DNA from: Chromera velia
Taxonomy: Eukaryota
Length of the DNA stretch: 54,086 nucleotides
Direction: 5' to 3'
NCBI GenBank assembly: GCA_018398765.1
Contig: JAHBMJ010000207.1
Coordinates: 1 to 54,086, forward strand
The notes beneath the pieces were generated by a model, which saw only the letters and a program-made list of their open reading frames with translations, did not search any database and had not been told where the DNA came from. This document shows positions 1 to 13,429 of this stretch, in pieces (positions within the stretch are counted from its first letter, which is position 1; each line of letters begins with the position of its first letter). Position numbers and translations under genes: made by a program.

Positions 1-753
1 CCCCCCCCTCCTCGCCCCCCAGAGTGAGAATGAGGTTGTTGCGACTGCACGCCCACGCCATGGCCTGTCCATTTCGATCCCCCATGCATTCCCCCCCGAC
101 TCGATCCCCCGTCTCCCGCCTTCATCCTCTCGTTCGCCTTCCCCACGTCCCTCTGAACTTCCGTCTCCGTGTACCCCTCAGGCACCCCTCCCCTGTCAAT
201 GACCCGCCCGATGGTCACAGACCGCAACTTGCTCGGAACGAGACGTGAAGGGTTGGAGATGGGCTCCTGAAAGGACGAGGGAATGAATGCAAAGAATATT
301 TGCTTGCTTTGTTTCATTCATATGCAGTGCATGCTGCTTCATCAAATTGGTTGCTGAAAGAATGAGAGGGGGGATGGGCCAGAGAAGAGGCAGAAAGCGG
401 GCTCAGGGATCAGAAGGAAAGTAGAAGGAGGGAACTCTCTCGACGTACACGCAGAGGTGCAGAATTCGCGAACGTGCGCGCGCCCCCACATACGTACACA
501 GCGACACAGAGGGAAGCAGCGGTGAGGAGGGAAGCAGAGGAGAGGAATAGACGGAAGGGAAAAAGCAACGAAGAAAAGAAGGAAAGGAAGAAAGACACAA
601 AGAAAACAGGCGAAGAGGGAAGGAAGGGACGAAGGAAGCAGGGCAGCATGAATGAAAGAGAGAAACAAAAAAAAAAGAAAGGAAGGAAGGAAGGAAGGAA
701 GAAAGAAAAGAAAGAAAGAAAGAAAGAAAGAAAAGAAAGAAAGAAAGAAAGAA

Positions 754-784
<31 letters not shown>

Positions 785-3008
785 GAAGGAAGGAAGAAAG
801 ATAGAAAGAAAGACAGAGAGAAAGAACGCAGGCCCTGGGACAAAATGTCCCACACGCAAAGAAAGAGAGAACGCAGGCCCTGGGACAAAATGTCCCACAC
901 GCAAAGAAAGAGAGAACGCAGCCCTGCGACAAAATGTCCCACACGCAAAGAAAGAGAGAACGCAGGCCCTGGGACAAAATGTCCCACACGCAAAAAAACA
1001 GACAACGGAGGCCCTGGGACAAAATGTCCCACACGCAAAAAAACAGACAACGGAGGCCCTGGGACAAAATGTCCCACACGCAAAGAAAGAGAGAACGGAG
1101 GCCCTGGGACAAAATGTCCCACACGCAAAGAAAGAGAGAACGGAGGCCCTGGGACAAAATGTCCCACACGCAAAAAAAGAGAGAACGCAGGCCCTGGGAC
1201 AAAATGTCCCACACGCAAAAAAACAGACAACGGAGGCCCTGGGACAAAATGTCCCACACGCAAAAAAAGAGACAACGGAGGCCCTTGGACAAAATGTCCC
1301 ACACGCAAAAAAAGAGACAATGGAAGACCTGGGACAAAATGTCCCACACGCAAAGAAAGAAACGACAGAGGCCCTTGGACAAAATGTCCCACACGCAAAG
1401 AAAGAAACGACAGAGGCCCTTGGACAAAATGTCCCACACGCAAAAAAAGAGACAACGGAGGCCCTGGGACAAAATGTCCCACACGCAAAAAAAGAGAGAA
1501 CGGAGGCCCTGGGACAAAATGTCCCACACGCAAAAAAAGAGACAATGGAGGCCCTGGGACAAAATGTCCCACACGCAAAGAAAGAAACGACAGAGGCCCT
1601 TGGACAAAATGTCCCACACGCAAAGAAAGAAAGAAAGAAAGGAAGGAAGGAAGGAAGGAAAGAAAGAAAGAAAGAAAGAAAGAAAAGAAAGAAAGAAAGA
1701 AAGAAAGAAAGCATGAAAGAAAGAAAGAAAGAAAGAAAGAAAAGAAAGAAAGAATGAAAGAAAGAAAGAAAGAAAGAAAGAAAGAAAAAAAGAAAAAAAA
1801 AAAAAAGAAAGGAATGTTGGAAGGAAAGATGGACGGAAGGAAAGAAAGAAGGAGGAAAGAAAAAGAAGAAAAATGAAGGATTGCGAACGAAAATCCCTAC
1901 AAAAGAGAGGAAACAGGAGAAGGGCCCACTGAAACAAAGAGAAGGTCATCCAAATACACGACAGACCCACCCATGACAGAACTTCAGAAGCAGGAAGGCA
2001 AAACGCGTCGTGGAGACACAGAATCTCTTTCCTCCCCCCTCCGCCTCCGCTCTCTCTTTCTTCACCGAGACCCCATTTAGCTCGGACGCCCTCCTTCCAC
2101 TCCGTCACTGCACTCACTGCTTTCATCAAGGGGTCCTCTTCCTCTTCAGCATCCTCCTGCATGGAAGAAGAAGACGACCGAGACGCTTTCCCTTTCTCGG
2201 TTGTCTTTTTCACCAACTGTTGCTGCGCCTTCGCGCTCCACATGAAGGACTCCAAAGTCACGTCAAGGCGCCGAAGCAGCACCTCGACTCTCTGTCTGTA
2301 CTCTGCAGCAAAGCAGTTCTGCAATCTCCGAAATTCCTCAGCCTTAGTAGAAGAACCACACAAAGCCCCCCCATCAGGAAGCAACAGATGGGAGGTAGGG
2401 AGGGCCTTCAGCTGTTCCCTTTTGTCCTTCACCAAACCGCCTAGTCGCTCTATCGCGTTCTGAAGTGCTTCCACAGACAGTCCCACTTCCCCTCTTTCGA
2501 GCCCACGCTTTTCCCACTGTCCCAGACCCAGTTTCTCCCCCAGTACCCCCACTGTGTGCCCCATCTCAGTCTGCTCAGATTCCTCAGAGGACTCAGTGAG
2601 GCTCAGGGAAGTCCGAATCACCCCCCCGTTTTGCAGTCGGCACATGTGCAGATCCGCCAGAAGGTCAAGAAGAAAGGAACGTCTCTCTGACGAAGTAAGA
2701 GGACAGATCGATTTGCCACTCGCAATCTCTTTCTCTTTTTCTTCCCACCCAACAAAACCCCTCACAATGGCTGTCTGCACAAGTTGTTTATCCGATCCTG
2801 ACACCGCCACCCCTGACAGCCCAACCTCAAGACTGTCATCCATCTCCAAACTCGAAATTTCATGGGCAATTCCACGCACCAGCAGACCGAATTTACGGGC
2901 AGAATTCAAAATGCCGACCAGCTGGTGGCTTTGGAGGCTTTCCGTCTCTCGATTATCGATCAGACTGAAGAGAGACGCCAGCCTCTGACGCACCAGATCA
3001 TCCGACAT
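1..3008 (-). CDS. FAM98: FAM98 (DUF2465) family protein; exon 1 3008-1971, exon 2 266-<1; C-terminus runs off the window
   Basis: Exon 1 contains 'FAAEYRQRVEVLLRRLDVTLESFMWSAKA', matching the FAM98 motif EY..RR.MLLKRLDVT.QSF.WS. A phase-0 GT..AG intron (1970-267) joins it to 'EPISNPSRLVPSKLRSVTIGRVIDRGGVPE', matching FAM98 'GRVPDRGGRP', then a Gly-rich tail. Start taken as ATG 3008; the 909-aa ORF is read-through into the intron. Confidence 0.8.
826..1625. repeat. Intronic 45-bp minisatellite, about 18 copies, flanked by (GAAA)n
   Basis: Unit approximately GGAGGCCCTGGGACAAAATGTCCCACACGCAAAAAAAGAGACAAC; 'caaaatgtcc' recurs every 45 bp from 841 to 1605 (one 44-bp unit). The core TGGGACA-AAA-TGTCCCA is a perfect inverted repeat. 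Confidence 0.95.
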
Positions 3009-6000
3009 CGAGTCGCACTCCGTGAAGGCAGAAAGCCCAAAAGCACAGTCGTGAAACTTGAAAGAAGTCACCAGAGCGCGATGCTTGCGATTTTCTAGAT
3101 GAATTAATAACCAGGACAGATTTCGGCAACTATCCTAAATTCGCAAGGGAGAAGAAGGTCCACAACTCGATCGACCACATTGAATGGATCCCACTGGTTC
3201 GACTTTTGAGGATAAATTCGAGACCACACTTACTGGTGCGCATGTTCGAACCAGCACTTTTACTCGGAAGGGTTGTTGGAAGCCCGGCTGAAGGATGCTG
3301 ATCGAAGGCTTTTGTCATCTTCTGTCTGACGGATGTCTGACGGCTATATGAATATACAAGTGAGTGCGCGCGTGTGACTAAGGTCTTGTCACGCGACTCT
3401 TGTGAGTGTGTTAATTATGACGTACGGGCTAAAGGAAAACGTTAAAAAACATAAGCATGCAGTATTACGGTCTGATTACTAAATCTTTTCCTGAGCTACT
3501 ATTGGTATCCAAATCCATCAATAGAATATTCACTGAACCGAATGCATTTAACATCATTATAACTTTAAAAAATTACGCATTCAATCAATCAACTAGTCAA
3601 TTAAATAAGAGCTATGTCATAAAATGTTCTAAAATTCGTTAGACTTACGGATAAACACATTCTGTAACCTTTCTTAGAAGATACTTTTTGATAAATGCTT
3701 TGTGTACCAACTATGGAACTCATCGATCAATCAATAGTCAGTCAAAAAAGTTTTATAATCTGGTATAAATTTTCCTAAATTTTTTCAAACAGTTTAATTA
3801 TAAAAGCTTTTTATAACTGTATTCAATAAATTAATGCCGATCAATGTTGACGATCAACTTATGGATCAAGTATGATTAAGTCAAGGGAATTTACCATGCA
3901 ATACTATTTAGGCGCCACCATTAAAAAAATGTATAAAAGAGCGATATTCAATAAATGGCGGTCAATGTTGACGATCAAGTACGATCGTGTCGAGGAAACT
4001 TATTCTGAAATAACTTTCAGGGGCTGTTATGAAAAAACATATGAAATAAGAGCTATTAAGAGGTATACGTCCAGAGAGAGAAACGAAAGGGGGGAAAAGA
4101 ATGAAAAAAGCAGTGATAGAAAGAAAGAAGAAACACAGAACAGATAAAGAGGACAGAAGAGGTGAGGGGAGAAAAGATAGAAGAGCGGAAAAGCGAAATA
4201 TGGAAGGTTGTCAGGATAACAAGTTGTTAAAGGCAGTCCTTAGATAGGACGGCCCAGTCAGAACTTTTCAGTGAACATAGGCAAAGTTTAACAGAAAGAT
4301 CAAAATTCGGGAAGTAAACTAAGTCAGGCAGACAGAATGGGCACCTAGCTGGGATGATGAGAAAGCAGTCAAACAGACAGGGAGGCAGAACTTTGAGCAC
4401 ACTTAGAAAAGAAGACAAAATTAGAAATGCGGTCAGGCACAGAGGAAGGCATCCCTGCACGACAGCCAACTGGTAGGTAGGCAGGAATGGACAGGAATAT
4501 GCTGAGTCGTGCCAGAACTTTAAGGAAACGTTAAAACGGAAGCAGAGTAGGATTGCGACTTCTGAATCTCACAGTTTGTTTGTGAGGTGGCATGTAGAGA
4601 TATATATAGCTGAGAGGTCGGATAAGAGGTCGGAATTGAGAGAAATGACATAAGAGAGACAAGATAAGAAAAGTGAAATGCAAGTGAAGAGATGAGATAT
4701 GAGTAAACAAGGTCACCGAGAGAGTAGCCTATGTATCTGTCTGTCTGTCTGTCTGCCTGCCTGTCTGCCTGGCAGTGCCTATATCTGCGTGTTTGTATGT
4801 CTCTCTGCCTTTTTGCTATTCTGCTAGTGTCATTCTCTCATTTTACGGGTCTGCTTATTCTGCCGTTTGGCATATCTGCCTGCCTGCATGCCCACCTGTC
4901 TGCGCCAGGTGATAGCTAGGGTATAAGAGCAATGAGTTGATGGCTGTGGGCAGAAAAAAGTAAGAACCAAACATGACAGAGAATACAGTGAGAAGAGGCC
5001 ATGCATTGAAATCAGAGTACTGAACTGAGAAGACTGAGATTTAATGAGACTCGATGTGAGAGCTGACGTGAGTGCAAAAAGCTCGGCGAAGAGGCAACTT
5101 AGATGACAGTGGGAGAGATGTGGCATACAAAGGTGCAATGAGAACAGTGAAATAAAATGGGCAGGGCAGTGGATTATCATGCGAAAGCATACAGTGAAAC
5201 CGATTATTGTGGGATCGAGCGGTGATAAGATGAACAGAGATTGATATATACATATTGAGTAAATGCATAATCGAATGCGAGTAACAGACCTGTATAAGTA
5301 AACATATCAGGCTTATTATCAGCGCAGTGAGCTAACACGACTACATTATTTTGGGCAGTCGGAGAGCTGCAGGATGCCTGCAGATAACGAGGATCGTGCA
5401 ATGACACAGGCAAGCAGAAAAGAGAGAATGGAGTGCAGTGGGATAAAATAAACAAATGAGAGGTATTGAGAGCATGCACTGAGATGAAAGCAATATAAGA
5501 ATGAGGCTAGTGTGAGCAGTAAATTATAGATACGGTACTGGTGGTCATGGATTGTATATGTATACATGATTGCACATCTTTGGAGCAACATACAAATGAA
5601 GTGGCTGACAAAACGGCTATATTTAATATACGGCTAAAATTTTTTTTAGATAAAAATATAATTGGCTATGTGTGTAAGAGTACATCTGAGAGGGCAGCTC
5701 ACGGTCTGATACTGTAAAGGGCCCTATATACCATGCGCAGTCGCATAAACAATTAAGGTTTGTGCCCCACGTGGACATTTAAATGAACCGCGACACAGCT
5801 GGTTGAGGCACTAACCTACTAGGTATTAGGTGTGTTACGCAACTTTGGCAAAAGTTCTGCACACATGGGATTATATCATACATACAGTTAGATACTCTTG
5901 TGTGAAGACTCCCGCACTTACGGCCTGCGGCGGGGGATTCATGGCGCGCGGGGGGGGTGGGGCGTCTGCGATCGTCCATGCACGTGTTGCCAATTATTAA

Positions 6001-6208
6001 TAAGTGTTACGCAAATGTTGCGCAATGCATCTGTTATGCGTTTTTCTCTTTTCTTTCATCCAAAACTTCACCCTCGTCCTTTTCGTAAGCTGACCATAAG
6101 CTGACCATGCAGGCAGCCAGGACTTTAAATTGTTTTTTGCATGTGGCCGGATGCCAGAGTCGTGACCAGACTGCATGAGTCCCACTGATCAAATTCAAAT
6201 CTGACCGC

Positions 6209-7310
6209 ATGACAAATATCCCCTCGCGTTCGTCATTCGACAGTTGAACAACAAGTAGTACTGTCTCTCTCCAAAAAATAGGAGAGGAAGGACTTGCAGA
6301 GCTTTTGAAAGCTCGACGCAATCAAGAAATCGAGGAGCTTCATGCCCCTCCTAAAAAGGCACTGACCGAAGGTGAGCTCGGCATAATAGAGTGGAGGAAC
6401 AACCAGATCTATACTGAGTGCCACCACCCTTAACATATCCCCATCTCCATCTGTAGAGAAACTTATCCAACGATCGAGCAAACCACAGAAGGCGTTGACC
6501 AACCCAATCCGTGGCGTCTTTTTTGATGTCAGGTCATAGCCCTTTGTATCTTCGAGCCAAACAGTGACAGAGATGAGAAGGAAACGGAAGCATATCAGGA
6601 AACTGTTCTCCGTTAAAACTTTCCAAGTATGGGGAAGCGAAGGCTCGCGAGCTTGCTGTAGTACAAAGGATGAAGACGTATGGGGGGACCAGCAGGGAGC
6701 AAATTTGAATTTAAAAAGGCTGTTGACTTTGCCAATAGCCTTCCTCAGCCCAAGCGGTTCAAGACGCCCCCTGCCAGGGCTCTGTACTAACAAGAGGAAG
6801 AGTAAGAGGGGGACGTTCACAGAGGGGGTTTCCAATAATGGCAAGAAGGGGGGACAGGAAGGTCCCCTCTAAAGAAGCTTCTGACCGACGGAGAGCTTCA
6901 CTTGGCAGAATCGCAGAACAACCCGATCTACAGTAAGCCTCACCACCCTGAACATGTGCTTATGTTGACAGAGCAGCAACTGTTAGCAGCAGCAGATCCA
7001 ACTGCAAAAGAGAAGGTGTTGACCAACCCGGTCCGTGGTGTCTTCTTTGATACCAGGTCAAAGGCCTTCGTATCTTTGAGCAAAACAGAGACGGAGATGG
7101 GAGGGAAACAGAAGTACGTTAGGAGACAGTTCTCCATTTCAAAGTATCGGGAAGCGAAGGCTCGTAAGCTTACTGTGACATAAAGGATGAAGACGTATGG
7201 GAGGACCAGCAGGGAGTAAAAGGCTATTGACTTTGCCAATAGCCTTCCCGAGCCCAAGCGGTTCAAGACGGGGACATTCTTCAGACAGGCAGCGGAAGAC
7301 CTTAATAAGG
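6209..7310 (+). pseudogene. Decayed gene with two tandem AP2 (ApiAP2-like) domain modules
   Basis: Module 2 (~6862-7270) reads '[17 protein letters not shown]...[26 protein letters not shown]', matching the ApiAP2 pattern GV.FD....W/F....FS..KYG...A..LA...R. Module 1 (~6345-6770) is a homologous copy ('[16 protein letters not shown]...HIRKLFSV' / 'KYGEAKARELAVVQRMK') with stops and frameshifts. Confidence 0.7.
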
Positions 7311-7627
7311 TCAGTTCTTTCTTTTCGTTTCTTTTCTTTTCTTTTCCTTTCTCTTCTTTTCTCTTCGTTTCTTCCGTCTGGAGAGGAGGGGAGAGGGAGA
7401 TGGATGCTTGTCTGTCTGTCTGTCTATCTGTCTGTCTGTCTATTCCTCTTTCTGTCTGTCTGTCTGGGGCAAATAGGCAGAGAATCAACTGTTTCTTGAT
7501 CCGCCTTCACCCGTGAAAAAGGGGCAAATGACGGACTAAGTGTCTATGTCAAAAAGAGAGGGACAAGGAGGAAGGGGAACTCTCTCTATATGAGAGAGAA
7601 ACACAGTAAAACTTTGTGTCTGTGTGT

Positions 7628-7675
<48 letters not shown>

Positions 7676-7689
7676 TTGCTTATATATAT

Positions 7690-8217
7690 AAGAGAGAAGG
7701 GAATGGAAGAAGAAGTCTCTGAATGTGAGAGAGAGGGGAGTGGAAGAAGAAGTCTCTGAATATGAAAGAGAGGGGAGTGGAAGAAGAAGTCTCTGAATAT
7801 GAGAGAGAGGGGAGTGGAAGAAGAAGTCTCTGAATATGAGAGAGAAGGAAGTGGAAGAAGAAGTCTCTGAATGTGAGAGAGAGGGGGGTGGAAGAAGAAG
7901 TCTCTGAATATGAGAGAGAAGGGAGTGGAAGAAGAAGTCTCTGAATGTGAGAGAGAGGGGAGTGGAAAAAGAAGTCTCTGAATGTGAGAGAGAAGGGAGT
8001 GGAAGAAGAAGTCTCTGAATATGAAAGAGAGGGGAGTGGAAGAAGAAGTCTCTGAATGTGAAAGAGAAGGGGGTACAAGAAGAAGTCTCTGAATATGAGA
8101 GAAAAGGGAGTGGAAGAAGAAGTCTCTGACTGTGAGAGAAAAGAGAGTGGAAGAAGGAGTCTCTGGATATGAGAGAGAAAGGAGTGGAAGAAGAAGTCTT
8201 TGAATATGAGAGAGAAG
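7690..8217. repeat. 37-bp minisatellite, about 14 copies
   Basis: Unit GAGAGAGAGGGGAGTGGAAGAAGAAGTCTCTGAATAT in tandem, preceded by (TG)n and (TA)n. Confidence 0.95.
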
Positions 8218-8689
8218 CAGTAAGAGTGAGTGAAAGACAGAGAGGGGAGGGGGGACAGAAAGCTCCGTATGTGTGTGTCAGGGGGAGGGAGAGAAGAAAG
8301 AAAGAGCGGATTTTTTAAGAATTGAATGTTCTTGCTTTTTGGCAGTCTTTTTTTATATGCTGGGATAGGTATATCTGGATGTGGATGGATGGATAGATGG
8401 ATGGATAGATGAATGGATGGATGGATGGTTTTGAGAGTGGACTGGAGTAATGAAGGGGGGTGCTAAGAGGCAGAAGATGAATTGCAGTCAGTGTTGATGT
8501 CTGACTACTTGTAATAGAGCATTTGAGGAAACCACAATCGGCATGTTCTGAATTATCAGGTCCTCACAAAGCCTCTCTTGTGCTCTCTTCCTTATCTTTT
8601 TGTGTATGTGTACATGTGTGTAGATCTTCTTTCTTGCAGGAGAAGTGCTTCCATGGGCTAAGTTACTGCCTCCTCCCCTTTTCTGGGCA

Positions 8690-9359
8690 GACCACCGTGG
8701 GCGATTGGCCTCGGAACTAACTGAACTAGACGGTGAAGTTGAAGAAGGCCGAGGTCAGTCAAGTTCTTTTAATAAGGAAGGTCAAATGATAGTCTTTATG
8801 AGGACCCCCTTCTCAACCCATAGGAATCTCCACATCTCACAACTAGACGAGGGTCCATCAGAGAGAAGGTCATTCAATCGAAAATTAAAGAGAGTGTATG
8901 GAGGGGCATGCTTCGATCAGGTACATAATCTTTTGTGGGTTCATATATTTTAAGAGATGTTAGACAGCGAACAAAAAAAAGGCAGAAAGCGGGATTTGTT
9001 TTGTATGAGTCCTTTTGCAGTCAGAACGTGATAAACAAGAGAAAAGAGCAGACTGATCGGAAATATAAATGACATGCTAATGGCGTTAACTACCTTCTCT
9101 ATATGTCCCCCCTATGCCTGATTCTATATGTGTGCCGTGCATAATTTTGGGTTGTGGTCAGTCACGCGAGAAAGAGCACACATGCGAGTAGTAGAATATT
9201 AATACTTCATGCAGTGTTCTGCTTCTTTACTGGCTCTTCTCCCGTGCGCCTTTTTGTGTCTGTGACTTCTTTCCTGACTTTCTTTCTCTCTTTCCGCAGG
9301 CTTCTTTGCGTCTGCAGGACAGTTCCCACAGAACTGTTCTTCTGCAGGCAGAGGAGCAA

Positions 9360-9406
<47 letters not shown>

Positions 9407-11220
9407 CCTCTGTCTTTCTCTTTCCTTCAACTTCTGTTCTGTCTCTTCTTTTGTTCTGAAGAAACACATATGGGATGCTCTGCATTTTTGCCTTCCCAGG
9501 TGGCGTTTTTTTTTTCTCATTTCACAAATTTTTTTGTTCCGGTCGTGAAGCCTCTTCATGCGCCGTCTTGGCTCCAGGTAGAAGTATCTTTTTTTTATCA
9601 AGCTAGGCGTCTCTTAAAATAACGCCTGCACACTTCTCTCTTCATGCGTCTTCCTCTCTACTCGATCGTTTCAATTTTTGTTCTTCATGCATCTATGCAA
9701 GTACAATATGGACATGCTTATTCAGAAGCTCGTGCCTCTCCATGCATACCTCAAAAGCTGGGCCGAGAATTTCAGGTGAGATAAATCACACAAATATTCT
9801 ACTTGTGTGAAGTGTAGTGTCCAGAATGACTGTAAAAACACCAAAACCCCTTAGAAACCGCAAGAAGCGCACACAAAACAAGGGACTGAAAGACTTTATT
9901 GTGCCAAGCATGTCTGTCCGGCCTCTTTTATGAACGACATACTGTCTAGACATACTGTGCTATCTATTTGATTCTTCCATGTGTTGCTGTATGTTTTTTT
10001 CTCCTGTTTTTGTCTACTTATTTGTCGTCAAATATGTTATTTTTCCCTTTTTTCTCCTGTGCTATGACAGTATGGCCGGGCCGGGCGTGGAGCGGTTATA
10101 ATGCCGGCGGTGTGTAAGTCCACCATGGTGGCGGTGTATGGGAAAGACACCAAGTTGGACCAGGTATGGTGCTTTATCAAAGCAGACCCAGCCCGCCTCA
10201 TTCCGTGTGTCCTCTTGAGGATAATAACTCGAATCAAGCAACTATCACTGGGGTCATATTTTTTACTTCCTAGCTTCGCTCCTCGTTTCTTTTCTCTTCG
10301 TCTCTGTTTTTTTTTCTGTCTCTGTCTTTGTTATTGTCCCTGCCTCCTTCTCTGGCTATCTGTATAAAGAGTGTTTTTGTTTTTTTGTTTTCATTGCTCT
10401 CTCTGCCTTCCTTTTTCATTTGGATAAGCGCGAGATACTTGCATGTCATTTGATTCCTTTCTTTTTCTCAAATGATCGAAAGTCAGAATCAAAAGGAGAA
10501 AAACAAGGCAAAAGACGCACAAACACACACACAGGGGGGAAAGGGGAAAGGAGAGGAACGGATACAGACAGAGAGAAACGCAGAAAAAAAATGAAAAACA
10601 GAGAATCCATCACAAAAACATGTCTCAGATATAAATGGAATACTTCGGCGAATCACAGATTTTTTGTCTGCCTGGTATATGCAATGCCATACAACGTTCT
10701 GATTTGAAACGCTTGGTGAGGGTACCGATACAGCCCTTAAAGTTTGTATATGTCCGTCTCTCTTTATGCATGCAGTCGCACAGCGTATACGGACATTCAC
10801 CAGAGGTTCTAGGAACCCATCCAGCAACGGCACTTCCTCCCCTCCCTGTTGCTGCGGTTCTCCTTCAATGTCCCCACTGTAATGCTATCAGCATCCCCGA
10901 AGGCAGGCAGCGGGTACAACGGAGCGTATGGCTTCTTTCTTTCGGAGCTTCTGCTCAAAAACGGTGTACTGCAGGAGAAAGGGCGCTTTGCACCTGACCC
11001 GGTAGATTTCACGGTCTTCAACTTTACCGCCAGGTGGGTACAGGATATGCAGGATCGGTCAGTCAGTTGGAATCTGCATGATGCAGATACAGAATGGGCA
11101 GGACACTATGCAGCCAGCTATCGGTAATGGCTAAGGGCAAGACTATGGAAGGGTTTAGCTGGAGAAAATGGAAAAGCCTTCGACTTGCCACCCAATACCA
11201 CGCCGTGCCACGCCGACTTT
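8690..11220 (+). pseudogene. Probable degenerate multi-exon gene of unknown family
   Basis: Exon-like islands end in CAG|GT donors (8920, 9775, 10163). The last segment ~10790-11220 reads 'DIHQRF*EPIQQRHFLPSLLLRFSFNVPTVMLSASPKAGSGYNGAYGFFLSELL...GHYAASYR*WLRARLWKG' with in-frame TAG and TAA. I could not assemble an intact model. Confidence 0.35.
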
Positions 11221-12708
11221 TCTCTTTTTTTGCTTTTTTTTGTTTTGTATGAAAGCGAACACGATAAAGTGAAGAAGCCTACCAGTCCTCTACCTGACGG
11301 TATTTCTATACTACTCACAATCAATCCATCATTCCTATTTTCGTTCCGTGTTTGACAACTCCATAATTGCATATATCCCCATATATCTCGTAGTATCTAT
11401 ACAATTTTTCTCGCTTTTTCCCCTTCTTGCACCGCTTAATCACTTATTGCAGAACCAAGGAAATTTGTCCTAAGGGGGGGGCCCGGGGGGAAAGGAAACC
11501 GAGGAAGGGAACAGTAGCCCAGCCAGAGGCGGCAGCTGCTGTAAGCAGGGAGGGCTTTTCCTTCTACCACGATGATAAAATGGTCAGTCCATCCATCTGT
11601 CACTCTCAGTCAGTCCACCAGTCTAGCAAGCATCCACTTTCAGAGATTGTGTAGATTAATGTAGATGTGCAGGCGTTTTTTTTTTATTGTAGAGTCTGTC
11701 CTGCTTCTAAGGTAGTGAGAAGGAAGAGAAAACAAAGACTGCATTCTTTGTTATCAAAATCCCATTACGTTAGACTTCTACCTGGAGCGTCTACCCCTCA
11801 GACTGCATTCCGCTGCATTCACTTTCGATCGACTTTCATGCAATTCCTTATATTGAATTTGCTGGCTGCTATTACGTTATGTGCTGCAGATTGTTTCCTC
11901 GTGTGGTCGGTGATGGTTAGGCGTTATTTATTATTGTGGATGATACAATTGTTATAGATATTCAAGAACATTCGGATAGTGAATTATGATGGAGATTTCT
12001 GATTTGCCTTACGTATACAGATGTGGATCGGCACCTAGAGGAGGCATACAGTTGTATTTTGAATTTAGCATAAAATCTCTTTGTAATACGTGTACATTTT
12101 TTTTTATTCTATAGTTTTTTTTATATATTCTACTCAATTGATAATACATATTCATTCTACACATTCATAATGTAGATTTAATCATTTGAATCGAATTTCT
12201 AAATTTGAATATAATTAATTCCTAAACATTGTGTAGTAGCATAACATAGCATAGACACTATAGCATATAGAATCTTATAGACAATCAAGGCTAGATTAAT
12301 CTAGAAATTGATTAATTCTCATTAACCTCTTGATTTACCTTTTCTTTATAGCAAAGTTTTTACATGCAAGTTTCTTATTTTATTTCTATTTTCTTAGTGT
12401 TTTTAATTCTTATGAATATATATAGGCCTAGATATAGGCATCACGCCGTCGCATAAGTTGCGGCGTAACCCTTCGCCGGCTTGAACTTGAAGAAGGAAAG
12501 ACCTTAGACTATGCATGGAAGGAAGAGATATAAAGAACACGAAAGAGAAAAACAAAGATATTGTTGGTGATGAACTTTTTAAAGAAGAGGCCATTCTACC
12601 CCAAAGTTTTTTAATTAATTGACCATTGCGTAAGTCACAGCGCGATAAAGGAAAGATCGCACAGCAAACATCTAGGCAAACGCATATTAAACATGATTTG
12701 ATCTTCCA

Positions 12709-12749
<41 letters not shown>

Positions 12750-12790
12750 TAATAATCCTGTAGACCTTGATCCCGACTACTCAGAGTCTA

Positions 12791-13143
12791 CTCTGCAAAG
12801 ACCTAGGAATGTAGACAGGAATTTAGAGGAATTTAAACAGGAATTTAGAGGAATTTAGACAGGATTTTAGAGGAATTTAGACAGAAATCTAAAAGAATTT
12901 AGAGTTCTAAATTCCTAAACTTTGAAGGTCAATTTCTTATGAACTATGATGAGTTAGAACTTGATATTATGATGCTTATAGAAATCGGCCTCTAAAATTT
13001 GCTAAATTCCTCTAAATTCCTGTCTTTAAATTCCTTTAGATTCCTAGCTAAATTCCTCTAAATTCCTCTAATTTTTTGTTTAAATTCCTCTAAATTCCTC
13101 TAAATTCCTGTCTAAATTCCTAAATCTTTGACTCTTTGCAGGG
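12791..13143. mobile_element. Foldback MITE with TA flanks (Tc1/mariner-like target)
   Basis: Ends are TA|CTCTGCAAAGA ... TCTTTGCAGGG|TA. The left arm is tandem GGAATTTAGA(CA) and the right arm is the reverse complement TCTAAATTCC. Confidence 0.75.
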
Positions 13144-13429
13144 TAATCCTAACTAGGATCCGAAGGAAGAACATTGACTTAAAGTTCATTCCTACCTTCT
13201 AGCTTGTTCTTCTTCTTCTTCTTCTTCTTTCTGCCCTGTTTACTATCTTCGCTACTACTAACTTTAAAGCTCTCTCACTCGTTCGACCTCTTTAATACTT
13301 AACTCTCCTCTCTCTAGATACCTTTTTCAGGATTTGCCTAAGGATTTGCTAGGTACTTCTCATCGCTCTGTCATAATGAGCGTACTGCCTATTCCTCCTC
13401 TAGTTCCTCCTTGCTGCCAGTCCTCCCCC

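Noticed and set aside
826..1625. CRISPR array (palindromic repeat with variable intervening segments)
   Set aside because: The intervening segments are variants of one sequence, not unique spacers. The array is intronic in a eukaryotic gene and there are no cas genes.
342..1970. Long F/L/S-rich or K/R/E-rich ORFs in several frames
   Set aside because: Artefacts of stop-free (GAAA)n and the 45-bp repeat inside the FAM98 intron.
3450..5600. Short ORFs and weak duplications (TCAATGTTGACGATCAA at 3841 and 3962)
   Set aside because: No recognisable protein motif or element boundary. Probably old decayed repeat DNA.
12805..13125. Interstitial telomeric repeats
   Set aside because: The unit is GGAATTTAGA(CA), not TTTAGGG/TTAGGG, and it forms inverted arms inside TIRs.
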